Made by a program: the position numbers and the translations under genes | Notes under the pieces: model-generated | The model's database searches: none | The model's input: the letters and a program-made list of their open reading frames with translations, nothing else | What the model was told of the DNA's origin: nothing | Source: Mobula hypostoma | Lineage: Eukaryota | DNA length: 64,000 bases | NCBI RefSeq assembly: GCF_963921235.1 | Contig: NC_086118.1 | Location: forward strand, 23,686,001-23,750,000 | Direction: 5' to 3' | In this document: piece after piece, positions 61,180 through 64,000 of the stretch | How positions within the stretch are numbered: the stretch's first letter is position 1 | Layout of the letters: every line of letters begins with the position of its first letter

Positions 61180-62075
61180 CAAAGTCCAAAGTCAATTTAT
61201 AATCAACCTAGATATATGTCACATCAGCACTCACAGTAAATACAAGAAACAAAACAGAATCAAAGCAAGTCCGCACCCAACAGGACTGACAACAAATAAT
61301 GTGCAAACAAAAACCTGACAAACTACGCAAATCCAAAGTGAAATAATAATAATATAGATAGATATAGATACTTTATTGATCCCAAAGTAAATTACACTGT
61401 CACAGTAGCATTACAAGTTCACAGACAAACAATATTAGAAGAGAAGAAAGAAGAATAAATAAAAAATAAATTACCTTAAACAGTCTAACAGGAGGTGGTC
61501 ATCACTTTCCCAGTTGTGACTTCTTATAGAGCCTAATGGCCGAGGGTAAGAGTGATCTCGTATAACACTCTTTGGAGCAGTGCATTTGTCTTAGTCTATT
61601 ACAGATAGTGCTCCTCTGTCCAGCTAAGGTGGCACGCAGGGGGTGAGAAACATTGTCCAGAATTGCCAGGAATTTCTGTAGGGTCCTTTGTTCTACCACA
61701 GCCTCCAGTGTGTCCAGTTTGACTCCTATAACAGAGCCAGCTTTTCTAATCAGTTTATTGAGCCTGTTGGCATCACCCATGTTGATGGCAACACTAAGAA
61801 TAAATATGCAATAAGTTTCAAGGACATGAGATGAAGTGTCCTTGAAAGTGAGTCCATAAGTTGTAGGAACGTTTCATTGATGGGACAAGTGAGGTTGAGT
61901 GAAGTTATCCTCTTTGGTTGAAGATCCTGATGGTTGAGGGGTAATAATGTTCCTGAACCTGGTGGCACAGGTCCTGAGGTTCCTATGCCTTCTTCAAAGT
62001 TCAAAGAAAATTAATTAGCAAAGTACATATATGTCATCATATACAACTCTGAGATTCATTATCTTGTGGGTATAC
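61180..62075 (-). mobile_element. Stack of nested Rex1/Babar-type 3' ends
   Basis: Three tails (caaagtc.. at 61180, atagat.. at 61354, caaagtt.. at 61996); ORF 61502-61780 RLNKLIRKAGSVIG..ILDNVSHPL..SLLPSAIRLY. Confidence 0.75.
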
Positions 62076-62079
62076 AATA

Positions 62080-64000
62080 TGTTATGATATACATGTACAT
62101 ACACTCGTGAGCAGAATATTAAAGTTGGTGCACATGCGCCATTGTTTTCATTTGAAATATCTGTCTCGAAACTTGGTGGCAGCGTGGGGCATGGAAAATT
62201 GCTTTTTTCAACCACAGCACCCGATTTTTTTCAACTTGTAGTTGGCAGCATAATAATAGCGCAACTCTGAAACATCGGAGGGTGAGTGTAACAGTAGAAA
62301 AATGTCGACCAAGATGAGCAACCAGCCACAAATAGAGACAGGTGCAGTAGCAATGCCAGGAGGTGAGACAGCAGAATCTCAGCGGCACCCAGCACCTGCG
62401 GGTGACCCCGTGCCGGGGAACCATGATCGGGGCAGAAGTCCTCCCCCAGTCAGTGGCATCCGCCCACCACCGGCCGTGATGGTCAAACGCGGAGTGATAG
62501 ACGGATGGAAGACATGGTGGCAGATGTGGACTAACTACAGCGTCGTAGCACAACTGCATAAACAAGTTCCAGCATACCAGACGGCATTATTTTTACAGAC
62601 AATTGGACTGTCTGCACTTGAGATCTGCAACAGTTTTGTGTTCGCAGATGAGGCTGAAGGCCAAGACCTCACAAAGATTTTAGCTGCATTTGACAGATAT
62701 GCTCTCGGTGAGAAAAATGAGACATATGAACGGTACTTGTTCAACAAGCGGCAACAAGAACAAGGAGAGACCTTTGAATCGTTTCTCGCCAGCCTTAGAT
62801 CTCTTGCAAAGACATGTAATTTTTGCTCGTGTATGTCAGACAGTCTGCTGAGAGACAAGATCGTACTGGGCATTAACAACTCCAAAGCAGAAAACGTCTG
62901 TTACAAGAGAGAAAGCTATCGCTCAATGCCTGCACTGACATCTGTAAAAGCACAGAAATGGCAGACTCACACCTGCAAGCATTCAGTACAGCTGCAGACA
63001 GCAGGTCCGCTACTGACCATGGGATCAAACCTCGCACTAACAAGAAAGGTTCAAAGCATCCTGGACAGAAGACTAGTGCTAGTGGTGGAGCCAGTGCAGA
63101 AGGCACCTTGCAGGTACTGTGGCACGGAACATGCAAGAGACAAGCAACAATGCCCAGCATACAGACAGGTGTGCAAGGCGTGTGGCATTCGAAATCACTT
63201 TGCAAAGGTATGCAAGCAGAAGCCCGTGCATGGGGTGGAAGCACAAAGCGATGGCCAAACCGACAGTGACAGCAGCACCGAGTTTATTGACAACGTCATA
63301 CTGGTGGTCAACAGTTTGAGGATAAAGGATGACGTATTTGCACAGATGCTCATCAATGGAAAGACAATAGACTTCCAAGTTGACAACGGGGCGAGCATTA
63401 ATATTTTACCCCGCAAATACTTGGAGGGAGTAGACCACACACTAAAACAATGCACAAAAATGCTTATGATGTGGAACAAGACCACCACGGATGCAGAAGG
63501 GATGTGCAGAGCAAAATTGCGTAACCCCACGTCGAACCAAAGTATGCTGTCGAATTTGTCATGGTCACTGACGACTTTACACCATTGCTGGGAAGCGGGG
63601 CCAACCAACTTTTGCAGGGTGCATGCACCTACACTTAAAGAAAAACAATGCACACCAGAAGAACGCTATGCAGAGGTGTTCGATGATATGCTCGGGGAGC
63701 TTCCGGGTGCAGCCCACCTGCAGATTTATGGGGAAGTTCAACCCACAGTGTTACCCCCATGATGTCTACCTCACGCTATGAAGCAGAAATTGAAAGCTGA
63801 GCTTGATCAACTGGTAGATCGCAAGGTGATAGCTCCAGTCCATGAACCTACAAGGTTGGTTAGCCAGTTAGTGGTCGCAGAGAAGAAGAACGGCAATCTT
63901 CGTATATGCATTGACCCTCGACCATTGAACAAATTGCTGAGGAGAGAACACTACCCCCTTCGGGTGACAGAGGACATTTTGCCAGATCTTCACCAGGCTA
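62080..64000 (+). mobile_element. Ty3/Gypsy (Mag/K02A2.6-like) element, 5' half, running off the window
   Basis: Putative short LTR at about 62080-62172; PBS TGGTGGCAGCG (62174-62184) complementary to the tRNA-Leu(AAG/UAG) 3' end; gag-pro-RT follows. Confidence 0.9.
62302..64000 (+). pseudogene. gag-pol: Gypsy gag-pol: Gag with zinc knuckles, aspartic protease, RT N-terminus; frameshifts and one stop
   Basis: YERYLFNKRQQEQGETF..LRDKIVLGI, CRYCGTEH and CKACGIRNHFAKVC (CCHC), FQVDNGASINIL. After TGA at 63760-63762 the same frame continues KKNGNLRICIDPRPLNK..EHYPL. Confidence 0.92.

Noticed and set aside
62302..63762. 486-aa ORF as an intact or domesticated gag-protease gene
   Set aside because: Contains compensating frameshifts, an altered protease motif and a premature stop before in-frame RT.

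Overview
Eukaryotic, vertebrate-type genomic DNA, AT-rich and dominated by transposable elements. No host protein-coding gene could be recognised. The repeat mix (CR1/HER1-type LINEs, Rex1/Babar LINEs, Penelope-like elements, V/CORE tRNA-SINEs, Gypsy LTR elements, hAT and Tc1-like MITEs) suggests a cartilaginous fish, probably a ray; this is inference. Main structures: a decayed Mag-type Gypsy provirus (2544-6502, minus) carrying a nested solo LTR and a non-autonomous retroposon; a second solo LTR (7896-8792); a decayed chromodomain (sushi-like) Gypsy element (about 10093-14543, minus); a 1.2 kb GA-rich polypurine tract (about 20150-21350); many truncated and nested LINEs; and the 5' half of a better-preserved Mag-type Gypsy element running off the right edge (62080-64000). 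The most interesting signals are about 11 copies of a minimal hammerhead ribozyme motif in Penelope 3' ends (several copies begin at the ribozyme), a fold-back element whose two termini are themselves hairpin mini-MITEs, two families of bipartite non-autonomous LINE derivatives, and a few well-formed candidate minus-strand exons in unique sequence. Boundaries of old repeats are approximate, and family names come from motif recognition, not database searches.
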